Assembly: GCF_009834535.1 (NCBI RefSeq)
Contig: NC_045696.1
Coordinates: 69,008,001 to 69,072,000 of the forward strand
DNA from: Camelus ferus
Lineage: Eukaryota
Direction: 5' to 3'
Length of the DNA stretch: 64,000 nt
The translations under genes and the position numbers were made by a program. Below the pieces are notes generated by a model. That model searched no databases. It had not been told where the DNA came from and saw nothing but the letters and a program-made list of their open reading frames with translations. Positions 28,263 to 40,343 of this stretch are shown piece by piece. The stretch's first letter is position 1; every line of letters starts with the position of its first letter.

Positions 28263-29332
28263 TGCATGGGCTAAGACTGTCCTGAGTCTTGGCCTCCAGC
28301 AATACCTACTTACCTAAGAAGCCTTCAGCTGCTGCACACATTAGACTAGCAGTTCCCTTTGAGGGAAAATGTTACACAGAAAGCCTTGTGGGTGTAATGG
28401 TCACCAGATCCCCATCATCACACCTAACACTGTGCTGCTGCAGAGATGCCCACTCTCACGTTTTTGTTTTGTTTTGCTTTACTTTGATTTGGACTTTTGT
28501 TTGTTTGTTTTTGAGGATGGGTCAGCAATTTAACTCAAAACTTGATTTTTTCCTGTCATAACTCAGGACTTAGTATTTTTATCCACTAGTATGAGCTTTA
28601 CCTCTAACTAGCTTTTTACCTTACTGCTAGGTTTTACACTTCCAATCTTTAAAACTATGTATCATTTCCATTTATGGGAATTACTGCTTTTTTGTTAGTT
28701 ATTTAATTCACTGGATTTGGTTCTTGAGATTAGGTGCAAGAAATGACATATTCATACTGGTCTCACTAGTCAAATCTGAACAATGCCTTTTTTTCCTTCA
28801 TTGAGGAGAGAGTCGGGGTGGAAATGGGTGGGTAGTAATAGTTTGCTCCTAAAAACCTTTTTTTTTTTCAGTTTATATAAGTGATATTTGTTCGTTATTT
28901 TAAAAAAGTGTATTTTTCTCTAACCATCCATCTTTCTTCACATATTGGAAGCAATCTTTCCTGTGGATCATGTATCAAAAGTGATTCAGGTGGAACTAAT
29001 TCCAAGCACAGATTTTCTCTGATCCTTCCATTGTTAAGAACAAAGGAGAGTATATGTCCATTAGACCAAGGTGGGCATGTGACACAAACAAGATAATCAC
29101 AGACCTACAGAGGGGTTTGATAAATATCCATCAGAAAAGCAAAAAATAAATTTAGCTCTGGTTTAGAGAGCTGTAAGAATCATGGAAGTAGACGTCTTTT
29201 TCAGCCATCTTCTCTGGTCTCACCTTTGCTCTAAATAATTGAAATGCATAAAGCTTCTTTTATCACTTATTAAACTTTTTAATCTGCCTGTTCTTATGCC
29301 AGGAACACTCTGTTTTAATTACCATAATTTTT

Positions 29333-29466
29333 AAAATCTATTTTTCTTTGGGGGGGGGTGGTAATTAGGTTTATTTATTTATTTATTGAATGGAGGTACT
29401 GGGGATTGAACCCAGGACCCTGTGCATGCTAGGCACGCACTCTACGGCTGAGCTATACCCTCCCCC
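29333..29466 (-). mobile_element. tRNA-derived SINE (Vic-1-like)
   Basis: Full body; TSD TAATTAC(C/T)ATAATTTT at 29317 and 29467. Confidence 0.9.
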
Positions 29467-30669
29467 TAATTACTATAATTTTATAATATGTTTCATCATC
29501 TGGTAATGCTAGCTGTCAATCCCACCAATAACTTACTATTTTTTTTTAATTTGTTCTTGTTTTGTCTCGCTTGTTTGCTCTTTTAGATGATCATCACACA
29601 AGCAGGAAAAGCTAATACCTCTGAAAATTCACCAGCAGCAACAGAATAAGAAAAGGAGTGTAACAACAAGTTATAAACTTCAAAGTGTGGCTGTTGAGGA
29701 AGGAGACAAAAGATTCTGACAGAGCAAGGCACAGCTTCTAATCCCATTGCCCCCTCCTGCCCACCATGACCAAACCCAGGAAAGAAGTGGATTGGACAGA
29801 TTCCTGAGATCGCTCACTAATACTCCCCAACCTGCGGTTAAACAGACTCAAGAAGTAAGCAAGCAGCCCAAGGAAACACTCCTCTGAGTATGGGCCCCAT
29901 CTTCAAGGTCTCAGTAGAAACAGGAAGAGCCCCAGGGTTGTGTGAGGAATCCGGAGGTATCCCACCATAGAACAGGATGTATGGCCAACAAGGTGGATTA
30001 ATTCCTGGTACGAGACAGTTAACATCATTTCAGAAAAGAGAGTAAAAACTCAGGTTACTCAACGAAGGCCACACAGCCCCCGGGGAGGTCTGCTCCTACT
30101 CTTTCTGCCCTCCGTCTCAGAAGAGTGAATAGAAAACATGACTTTAGCTCCATCCTGTTGCTTGGAGGTGAGACCTGTAAGTGTCAGGGATGGAAATAAT
30201 GGAGAATTCATTCTCACTGTCTTAGTGAGAACTGAAGATCTTGAAAGACCTGCTCACATTCAATACAAGCAAGTTAGAATCAGTCGGGTAGACCACAGGA
30301 AAGAAAAAGAGAAACACAACATGCCAAAGAAGAGCCAAGAACACAGTCTGGGAGGAAAAAAGATATACACCAAGCAAACATTTTTAAAAATACTTCCTGC
30401 AAGTGCCTCTTCTGTGGAAGACTGACAAGAACATGAATAAAATAAGGCGCATCTCAAAGATAAGAGGTAAAGCAACAGAACATCCAGGACATTGTTAAGT
30501 AAGATTAATGAAAGCAGTCAGACTTGTTTTGTACCCAATTTTGATGAGGATGCATTTTTATGTTCTACTCTTTACTGTAATGCTGGATGTTGTTTTGAAT
30601 GTGTTATACTTTATTATGTTAAGGAAATTGCATTCTATTTCTAATCCATAAAGTATTTTTAATAGCAAA

Positions 30670-30850
30670 TGGTTGAACATTGACTCAACCTATTTCAGCT
30701 GGCATAAACAAGCTATTTTGTAAGATCTTTATTTTTCCTTGCATCACACTTACAAAGAACCTCAGTGCAGTCCTCCAAACTTGTCCACATGAGTGATGAG
30801 TGAGACGTTTCATCATACTTCCTTTTAACAACCAGACTTTCTGTCATATA
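30670..30850 (-). mobile_element. Decayed Buster/Charlie transposase N-terminal (BED-finger) region
   Basis: Minus strand KRKYDE (30809-30826) followed by KILQNSLFMPA (30698-30730), resembling the recalled KRKYDE...KVLSNS.L.P motif. Confidence 0.55.
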
Positions 30851-32689
30851 GCAAATTCAATGACTCAGTTTTTCAAACGTAAGTTTTTCCACTACTGTTA
30901 TTCACAGGATTGCTGCCATTAGGGCTACAGGTTGTATTAATACATTATTCTTCAAATGTCTTGAAACTAGAAAGAATAAAGGGCCAGGGAGTTGGGGTTC
31001 ATTTTTTCTACAAGCATGAGCTGTAGAGTCAGGCAGCTCTGAGGATGAATCTTTGCTCTACAATGTACTAGTTGTAGCTTTGGATCATAACTTCATTTCT
31101 GTAAGCACCAGTATTCTTCTTATCTGAAATTGGGTCTATGCTATTTAACTTACAGGGTGTTATAAGGATTAAATGAAATAATGTATTTCAAGCAGGTACT
31201 TCAAAATGATAATTATTATTATTATCATGATTTTTAAAAAGTATTGTGTCTGGCACATAATATATACTCAATAAAAATTTACTGAATGAATGAATGATCT
31301 CTAGAACTAATCCAAAGATGGAATAGGAAGTTTCTGCCCATAAGAGATTTCCAAGCTAAGAAATTAAGTGTCAATAAAATAAATATAAATGAAACTTGAA
31401 TCCTAGGTTTGATTTCATGGGGTATAATGACTTAATTCTGTTATCTTATTAATAAGTATTCTTCCTAACAAGAACTCAGTCTGGTACCTGGGCACAGTTG
31501 TAGACTAATTTCTGACTTCTTGTTCCCTTTGGATACGAATAGTAGAAATCAACTCAAGCCAGCTTAAGTTAAAAGAGAAAATTGTACAAAAATCTGGGAA
31601 CTGGTGTTTCATGTGACCCGTGGGCAACTGAATGCCAAGAAGGACTGGAACCAAAAAGTGGAAAGCTTCTGAGAAACAGATTTCTCTCTCTCTCAGACTT
31701 ACAGTTTTGTTTCTCTCTAATCTTGTTTTTTTCTCCACAATTGGGCTTCCTCTATCTCTAGACTACAGGGCAGTAGGTGGCCACCCCTGAAACTCAAAGC
31801 TACATATTTTGCTTCCATCCCAATTCATATTCCTGGAGGAACTCTGGATGGCCCAGCTTGGATCAAGCACACGCCTGGATCCATTCAATGGCTTCTAGGA
31901 GAAAGGGATCAGATTGGACCACAGGGCTGCCTGAAGGGGTGGCCCGCAACGAATGGAGAAATGGAAGAGCAGCCAGAAGTTGTCTGCTTCACCCAGTCAC
32001 AGACTGACCCTTAACCTGTTTACGGCCCTAAGTCTAACCACAAACTGAGCTGCACATAAATCTTAATCCTAGCCCTGGAATTCCACTTACACTGATCTTG
32101 TGAAACACGTATAACTAATAAAGTGAAGTGGTCTCTGCATTTTCATTGCTTCACTTATTTAGGGGGGAAATGTGGTCTTTACATAGTGAATTTCATTCAA
32201 AATCATGTTTACTTGCTGTAAAATACCTGAGTGAACACTAAAAAGATCAAAAGAAAGAAATCTAATTCTTTCCAAATCTTACTAAACACCAGTATATTTC
32301 CAAACATTCCTAAGCAAAGCACTGTATGAGTAAAATTTCTGAATTTGAAGGTAAATATTTCTGCTTTGATGCCTGTGGTGGAGTCATGCCGACTGCTTTA
32401 TTCTCTGCACAGCAACTGATGTATTCTCATCAGTCACTCCAGGCACAGGAAAAATCAGAGACTAGGGTTATAATCAAGAATTTACTTGGTCCCAGACTCC
32501 CTTGATCAAGGAGTTCTTGATACCCACCAATTTCTTTGTTCAACAGTGGTCTGTCTCAAGATTGGGCTTATTTTCTTTGATTTCCATTAACTTCAGGGTA
32601 ATTTATATGCCTTCTTGGGGCTCCTGCTATGTCTCAGTCCCTTCCCTTTTTTCTTCTTCAGAAGTATCATGGGACAGGGATGTCTGGTA

Positions 32690-35510
32690 TTAGCCAAGGC
32701 AGAGTAAGCCAACTGTAGTCTACCTTTCCCACAGATGACAACCAAAAACTCTAGACAAAATGCAAAAACAAATACCTGAACAGCCTAAAAAGTAAATAAT
32801 AGCAGGCAGATTAAAGACTAAAGTCAAAACTTGAATAACAACTCATAGCCTGAGTGAGCTTTACATGATTTTGGTTTTTTTTCTCTTTGTCTCATGGATT
32901 TGACCTGAAGGCAGGCCAAGTCCTGGAATTGTGTATTAGACACTGTTGGAAAAACTCCAGGGGAAATCACCTCTTACTAACCAGAAGACCAGGGAAAGCA
33001 ACTCCTGCATGACACAGAGTAGAAGAGAAATCCCACTTTTTTTCACATTCACATTTCTCTTTTCTCTCCTAGCTCTGCCCTGAGATCAGCCCCAACCACT
33101 GGGCTGCATTGCCACAGCAGCAGTGGCAACATGAGCTAAAATTTGCCCCCTAAAATCATAGTCTCTCTCTGGCCAAGAAACCAGTGAAATGGACCAAGCT
33201 GTTCAAATAGTGTGGGATAATTCTTGCTACTTTCTTTCTTTTCTCTTGCTGCTTTAACCCAAAAGACAGCCTCAGTCACACAGGACAACACAATAGTCCA
33301 AGAAACTAAAACTCAGAGGAAACCTTAGCTTCTTGCCAATAAGAACCAGGAAAAGGAGGGTCCCTGGGGGCTGGAGAATACAGGGACATGCTAGAGAGGA
33401 AGGAGCTGGAAAAGGACATCTTCTAATTCTGTTTGGGATCCCACATAAGTCCCAGACTCAACCCCCAGAATAGACATACAGTACAGACCCAAAGAAGCAT
33501 AGCAAAGCCTTCAAAAACTAAATGACTAAAGTCTCAGACTAAACTTTGAGTGGTGCCTGTGACAGATAGATACAAATAGCACAGCAAAGGCTTGAGACCC
33601 GAATTAGCATTGGAATCACCACCCTTAGAAGGTGAGACACAGCTTGGTCTCTGAACCTAGGCCAATCAGTCATGTGCTAACACAAGCAAGCAAAAATCCA
33701 ACATCCCCTAAAGGATTTTAACAGAACTTGGAATTCCATAATATCCAAAATATTCTGGATACTATCCAAAATTACTCAATGCATAAAGAACCAGGAAAAT
33801 CTGACTAATATTCAAGAGAAAAGATAGTCACCAGATGCCAACCCCAGTATGACCTCAAATGGAAACATGAACATTCTTGAAATAAATGGAATGATAAAAG
33901 TTCTCATCAGAGAAAGAGAATTTAAAAAAAAAAAAAAGCTAAATGAAAAAATTTTAACTGGAAGACACATATCTGAAATTAACAATTCATCAGATAGGCT
34001 TAATTGTAGAACGGAGATGACACAGGAAAGAGAACTTGAAGATAAATCAATAGAAATTATACAAGAAGAACAGAGAGGAAAAGATTGAAAGCACAACCCT
34101 AGAGGTTTGCCAATGTAACATTCACGTTATTGGAATCTCTGAAAGAAAAGAGAAAAACAAAATATATTTGAAGAAATAATGGCAGAAAACTTTCCAAATT
34201 TGGTGACAGATATGTTTATAGATTTAAGAAGCTCAATGAATCCTAAACAGGTTAAGTGCAAAGAAAACCACACCCAGACACATCATAATTAAACTGTTGA
34301 AAATCAAAGGTAAAGAAAATATCTTGAAAGCACCCAGAAGAAAAACGGATAAATTACACACAAGGAAAGCTATGACTGTAGGTATCGCGTCAGAAACCAT
34401 GGCGCTCAGAAGACACTGAGACATCTTTAAGGTGCTGGGAGAAAAATAAGTAAGTAAATAAATAAAGTGTTGTAAGGAAAAAAACTGCCAACTCAGAATT
34501 CCATATACAGCAAAAATACCCTTCAGGAATGTAGGCAAAATAAAGACATTCTCAAATGAAAGAAAACTAAGAGAATTCACCACCAGCAGAATTGCTCTAA
34601 AAGAAATGCCTAAGAAAATTCTTTAGGATGGGGGGAAATTATACCAGAGGGAAACATAGAACTTAAGGAATGAAGAAAAAACAAAAGAAATAATGAATAC
34701 ACATATCTGGATAAATAGAGTATTTTTGTCCTCTTAAATTCTTTAAAATACGTATGATTTTTAAAATATGAATAATTTTGAAAAAATACAACATTGTAAT
34801 ATTTCATTGCATACAGATGTAACATATAAAATGACTATAATATAAAGGGAGTAGGATAAAGGACTCTGTATGGTTATAAGTGTCTATATTTTACTTGAAG
34901 TGGTAAAATAGTGCTTCCAAGTATACTGCGAAAAATTAGGTATATATGCTGTCATCCCTAGAGTAACTACTAAAAAGTATCACAAAGACATACATGCCAA
35001 AGAGCCAGTAAGTAAATATTCGATGATCCAAAAGAAGTCAAGAAAGACAATACAGCAGAGGGGGCATATAGAAAACAAACAGAATGGTAGCCTTAAATTT
35101 AACCATTGAAATTTTGTTAAATTTAAATTGTCTAAACAGCAATAAAAGAGAGACATTTTCAGACTGCATAAAATAAAAAGATCCCACCACACACAGTCTG
35201 TAAGAATACACATTTTAAATAGAATAATACAGAGTTAAAGTTACCTGATGGAAAAAGATACACTATGTAAACAGTGATCAAAAGAAAGGTAGAGTGCCTA
35301 TAATAATAATTTCAGACAAAGTAGACTTCATAATAGGGAAAATTGCCAGAGAAGAAGAAAGACGTTATATAATGATAAAAGGGTAAATTCACCAAGAAGA
35401 CATAATACTAAGTGTGTATGTATCTAACAAGAGAGCTCCAAAAATGAAGCAAAAGTTGACAGAATCAAAGAGAAATAGACGACTCCATGATTATACTTGA
35501 AGACATCATG
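32690..35510 (+). mobile_element. Old L1: 5' region, ORF1 and start of ORF2 endonuclease
   Basis: ORF1 motifs ATATTTGAAGAAATAATGGCAGAAAACTTTCCAAATTTGG and CACCCAGACACATCATAATTAAACTG; endonuclease-like TCAGACAAAGTAGACTTC, ATAATGATAAAAGGGT. Confidence 0.85.
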
Positions 35511-37539
35511 TGAACATTAATCCTAAAACCTTTATCACAATTTGTCTCAGGGGGGTTTATGTAGATTGGCGCTCTGTGTTTCCACAAAGAGCAAACCCTG
35601 GTCCAGAGAGATTCGAGTGTGTGTGACACCGTGTCCAGTGCTGTGAGGATCCCACCCTCAGCAGATGTGGGACTGTGAGCATGGCTACTTGTGGAAGTTT
35701 TAGAAAAAATCAATAGTAATTTTCCAGTGGTATCTCTTTGAGAAACCTGAGAAAATTCAAACATAACATTAAGAGTTTGTTGTGGAAGTTGTTGTTTTTG
35801 CATTCACCATCCATTCTCCCACTCTGCTGTGTCCAGAGGGTTTGCTTTAAGGAAAATATCACTTCTCTAGCTTGAGCCATAATCAATTAAGTCAATAAGT
35901 ATATTCCATCCTAAGTCCAGTGATTGGTCAGAGACGAGTACACAACTCAGCCGGAGCCAGTGGGATGCAAGGACACAGTTGGTGGGGCTTCTGGAAGACA
36001 GAGCTTCCTCTCTTCTCCTGGGGAACAACCAGGAAAGAGGATATCCTTTTGGCCAGCTGGTGTGGTGTGAGATATTTTTCCATTATGCAAGAGGACACGG
36101 TTTTTTGTTTGTTTTGTTTTGTTTTGTTTTTGCTCAAGTTTATTTGAGTTGGGTTCTTTGTCATTCACAAAATAGATTCTTGATTACCACAAGGCTTACT
36201 CTGTCAACCCTTTCTAAACCCCATGTCTTTCTGCAAAAATGAAAACAAAAGCCGCATGATACAAATGCTTCTACTTTTAATGCTGGAGAGTATCTTTACT
36301 TATAGAAAATAATGACATGCAAGCATTTTAAAAGACAAAGCTTATATGTAGAAATAGTAATCCCTAATGAACAGCAATACATATATAAAAGGAAATCATT
36401 CAGACTTTAAAACTGTAAGCAAAAAACTAGGTTTTTCATTTCCATACTTATACAGAACACTATTTGCTGCTTTTGCAAAAAAATTTGAAAAGCATCATTC
36501 AAGCTGTTGTCTCCTGAGGGGATGTTTACCACCATCAACCAGCTTCTTTTTTTGAGGACTATTTGACAATTAAAAATGTATATATTTAAGGTGTACAATT
36601 TGATGATTTAATATGATATACATTGTGAAATAATCACCATAATCAAGTTAATTAACATATCCATCACCTCAAACGGTTATCATTTTCTTTTTTCTTTCTT
36701 CTCTCTCTTTTTTTTTTTTTTTTTTTTTTTGTACTTAAAAGAATAAGAGTAGATTTAAGAGGCCCAAGTCTTCCCAGACCCTGCTGGTACTCAAAGTAAA
36801 AACAGTTTCCAAATTCCTTCATGGGTTTTGTGTTGCAAGCTCAAGCTACTTCCTTGAGGGAAAATCCTCTAAGTGTTCTGGAAAGCACAGTCACTCCTAA
36901 CCTCAGTGGCAAAGATTCAAGTTATCCAGTGGAACAAAGACTGGGTGTTTAAAATCAAGAAGTTCCTAAAATGAAAATGTTTTTGTAGAGAAGGATTGGT
37001 TATATGGAGAGACTGAAATGAAGTAAATTCTGGGTAGATGTCAGGTTCGAGAGTCTGGTCTCTGGCATTTATCAAGGACCTGCCAGGGGACTCGGGATGA
37101 AGCAAGCACCGTTCTTTCTGGACAGTTGGCCCTGGCCTGGGGGTGGATGTCTCCCAGACCCAGGACTCTCATCCAGGTAACACGTGGAGGGGCACAGAGT
37201 GCGAGGAAGGCTTGCAGAAAAGAGACATCACATTAGAGAAGCTTCTTGACCAGGTGGTCTTGAGGAACAGGGAAGATTTTAGCATGTGGAGATGGGGCTG
37301 ACGTTCAGGGCCAGACAGAAGAGCATGAGGAAAGACAGAGAAGAGGAAGTTCAGGGTAGTGCAGGGGCCACTGCATAGTCCACCTGGACTGGGACCTAGT
37401 CAAAGAGGCACCTTCCCTGAGGAAGCTCTGCCGGGGAAAGGGTTAATGCATGGTGAAGCCTAATTCAAAGGCCCCTGGGTGAGCTGGGTGGGAGGCCCCT
37501 ACCAACATCCCCTAAAAAGCCATATACTCGTTAAAAAGG

Positions 37540-37720
37540 GCACAGTATACTGGAAAAAGTCCATGGCCCTGGGTCTGAGTTCTAACTCTGCCACTTAATG
37601 CCTGTGTGACCTTAGGCATTCACTTAACTCTCTCATCCTCAAGAGGTGAATAGTATCTTTCCTGTGCACTTCACAGGACTGGCATGAACATGAGGGAAAA
37701 CAGTGGGCACAGAATAGCAC
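37540..37720. mobile_element. MIR remnant downstream of the ADIPOQ stop codon
   Basis: CTGGGTCTGAGTTCTAACTCTGCCACTTAATGCCTGTGTGACCTTAGGCA. Confidence 0.7.
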
Positions 37721-38021
37721 TGTCAGCTACTTTCTTGTCATGTATGTGAAACTCCCCAGTAAATGTTTTTATCCCTCTATGACCACTTCATAATAGCTCC
37801 TTGAGGCCAAGGGACGTGCCTTCTTCAGGACTGTCCTGGGAACACAGTGTATGATTTTTTAATAAAGGTACTTGATAAATGAATGAATGAATGAATGAAT
37901 GCAAGATGATCAGAGCCCTCCAACTAGATAACAAAATCAGTCTCCTAATGAATTGAAGACCTGTGGGCTCTCCTTTGACTTAGGGCCGTTTGGCATGGTG
38001 GAGATTATGAGTTAGTGGTGC

Positions 38022-38542
38022 TCACTCGGTGTCGTGGTAGAGAAGGAAGCCGGTGAAGGTGGAGTCGTTGATATTGTCTGCATAGACCCCGTTATTCTCT
38101 CCATCCCCGTACACTTGGAGCCAGACCTCTTCACCCTTCTCCAGATGGAGAAGCACAGAGCCAGAGGCCTGGTCCACGTTCTTGTCCTGGTACTTGTCAT
38201 AGGTGAAGAGCACGGCCTTGTCCCTCTTGTAGAGGCTGACCTTCACGTCCTGCAGGTAGACTGTGATGTGGTAGGAGAAGTAGTACAGCCCGGGAATGTT
38301 GCAGTGGAATTTGCCAGTGGTGCTGTCATAGTGGTTTTGCTGATTGTAGAAGATCTTGGTAAAGCGAATGGGAACGTTGGGGACGGTGCTCCGGGTCTCT
38401 AGTCCTACACTGAATGCTGAGCGGTATACATAGGCACTTTCTCCAGGTTCTCCTTTTCTGCCTGGGATTCCTGGAAAGCCTCGGGGACCTTCAATCCCAG
38501 TCACTCCAGTTTCACCAGTGTCACCCTTAAGACCAGCAAGAC
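38022..38542 (-). CDS. ADIPOQ: Adiponectin exon 3 coding part: rest of collagen domain and C1q globular domain
   Basis: Acceptor TTCTCTAG ending 38543; (G)LAGLKGDTGETGVTGIEGPRGFPG...AYVYRSAFSVGLE...STFTGFLLYHDTE*; 521 nt, phase-compatible with exon 2 (211+521=732 nt, 243 aa). Confidence 0.98.
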
Positions 38543-38576
38543 CTAGAGAACAGGAAGGAAAAAAAGAGAGAAAGAG

Positions 38577-39012
38577 AGAGCAAGAGAGCCAGAGAGAAGA
38601 AGGAAGGAGGAAAGAAAGGAGAAAGGAGGAGAGAAAGAGGAGGGGGAAGGTGAAGTATGTTTAGAAAGTGTATTCTGGGAGCTCCAGCAAAAAGCTCAAG
38701 GGGCACAGGGGGCCAAGGGGCTCCCTGTCTCAGAACCAGCTCTCCATACCCTACTCCTGGAAGACAGTCCTTCACGTGCATAAGGGCTCTGGTCCCCACC
38801 CATCTCTGCCCCTGTTATCAGGTGACCTTAGCCCCCCACGTCTGATTGCCAGAGTCTTGGTCTCCCCATCCCTTTCTCACCAGGGACTTGAGAGAAAGCA
38901 CAGAGGGAAGTGGGTCCTAGGATCCCAGATCACAGGCCCTCTGTGGAGTCTGAAACGTAGTTAGTCCCAAGAACCTGACTCTAAACAAAACACATTCTAT
39001 GTGTATTTTTTT
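38577..39012. repeat. Direct repeat copy A (ADIPOQ intron 2)
   Basis: Aligns with about 40344-40795; identical translated ORFs in the track (38657 and 40423). Confidence 0.95.
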
Positions 39013-39160
39013 ACTCCATGTCAGGCCACATCAAAAAGCTCGCTTCTTCCCCGAGCGTAGGACTGTCAATCACTGCTGCCCTCGTGCTGTTCTAGGAGCC
39101 CTCCCCCTCCTCCACTCAGGAGAAGTCTGTGATGGAGGAGGCCCAAGACTCTACTCTTAC

Positions 39161-39371
39161 CTGGATCTCCTTTCTCGCCCTTCTCACCATGGGCGCCATC
39201 TCTGCCATCTCGGCCAGGGATCCCATTGTGGCCAGGATGCCCCGGGATGCCCACCATCCAACCTGCGCAGGCCCCCTTGGGCAGGGGGTGCGGGACTCCG
39301 GGCCCTTCAGTGGTTTCCAGGCCGTGACCAGGCAGGGCCAGCAGTAGTAGAACAGCTCCCAGCAACAGCAT
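39161..39371 (-). CDS. ADIPOQ: Adiponectin exon 2 coding part: signal peptide, variable region, start of collagen domain (exon begins 39379)
   Basis: [17 protein letters not shown]...[18 protein letters not shown]...GEKGEKGDP; acceptor TTCCAG then 8-nt UTR GGCCCAGG; donor CAG|GTAAGA at 39160. Confidence 0.98.
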
Positions 39372-40343
39372 CCTGGGCCCTGGAATTCAGATCTGCACCA
39401 TCAGCCTTGAAAGAGCGGATCCCACCCAGCTCACCTAGACAGACCCAAGCAGGACTCCGGCCAGCTCTGCAGGGTCCACCTCTGAGACCTGCTCTCTCAA
39501 TACTCACCTCTTCCAGGAAGACTTTCCTGGCTCTTTCAGCCCACCTTGAGCTCTCTCTGCCCTGAAATTTGTAATATTTAGCATAATTCTTTGTGTGTAA
39601 TCCTTCCTCCACCGTCGGCGATGGTGAGACAGGACTCCTCCAATTTCTTCATATCTGAGCTTAGTACTACGCACAGGGAAAGCTCCAAGAGTCCGCTTGT
39701 CAGGAATTCACCCTTGAATTTTCCAAGAATGATGACTCAGATGATCCCATTCAACTCTAACCAACTTCCCGCTCTCCGGCTCCTTCCTCTTTCTTCTCTA
39801 CTTCCCTTTGCTTCATTTTCTATGCCTGTTCCTCCTCCTTTCTCTCCCATTCTCTTTTCTTCCTCTCCTGGGTCGCATGTAAGGCCATTTGGTATATTAC
39901 ACATGTGCACACATATTCGCTCACACACACGTATTCACCTTACACACATATGCACACAATGCACATGCATATACACACACAGCCTTCATCAGCAGAGACA
40001 CATTATCCCACGAGAATATCCACTGACCCTCTGCCTGGGCCACTCTTAGCTGCACCTCCTCACCTGCCTGATCCTTACACAGCCTTCAGAACATGATGGG
40101 CTGTCGTCTTTTAGGAAGTCCTCCGGGTCCTCCTTCCCCCACTCCAGGGTGCTATTCCTTATCTCCGCTCCCCAGCGCCCTCTCTTACCTCTAGCATGGC
40201 ACTTCTTGCATTGTACTGTAGTTCCCAATTTGCTCACCCATTTCCCCCATTAAACTACAAGCACTGGGAGGCAAAGCCTAACCCACTACCAGCACAGAGT
40301 AGGGACTAAATAAATATTTTTATAGGAAAAAAAAAAAAAAAAA

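Noticed and set aside
37858..37863. ATTAAA on the minus strand as the ADIPOQ poly(A) signal
   Set aside because: Plausible, but lies in an L2-tail-like region and cannot be distinguished from chance; 3' end left uncalled
38034..38402. 122-aa plus-strand ORF
   Set aside because: Antisense shadow of ADIPOQ exon 3 caused by codon bias
39066..39160. ORF extension of adiponectin beyond GDPG (KSRVLG...)
   Set aside because: Read-through into intron 2 past a canonical donor; the true frame continues in exon 3
38999..40049. 188-aa and 152-aa plus-strand ORFs over exon 2 and intron 1
   Set aside because: No recognisable domains; antisense to ADIPOQ or low-complexity
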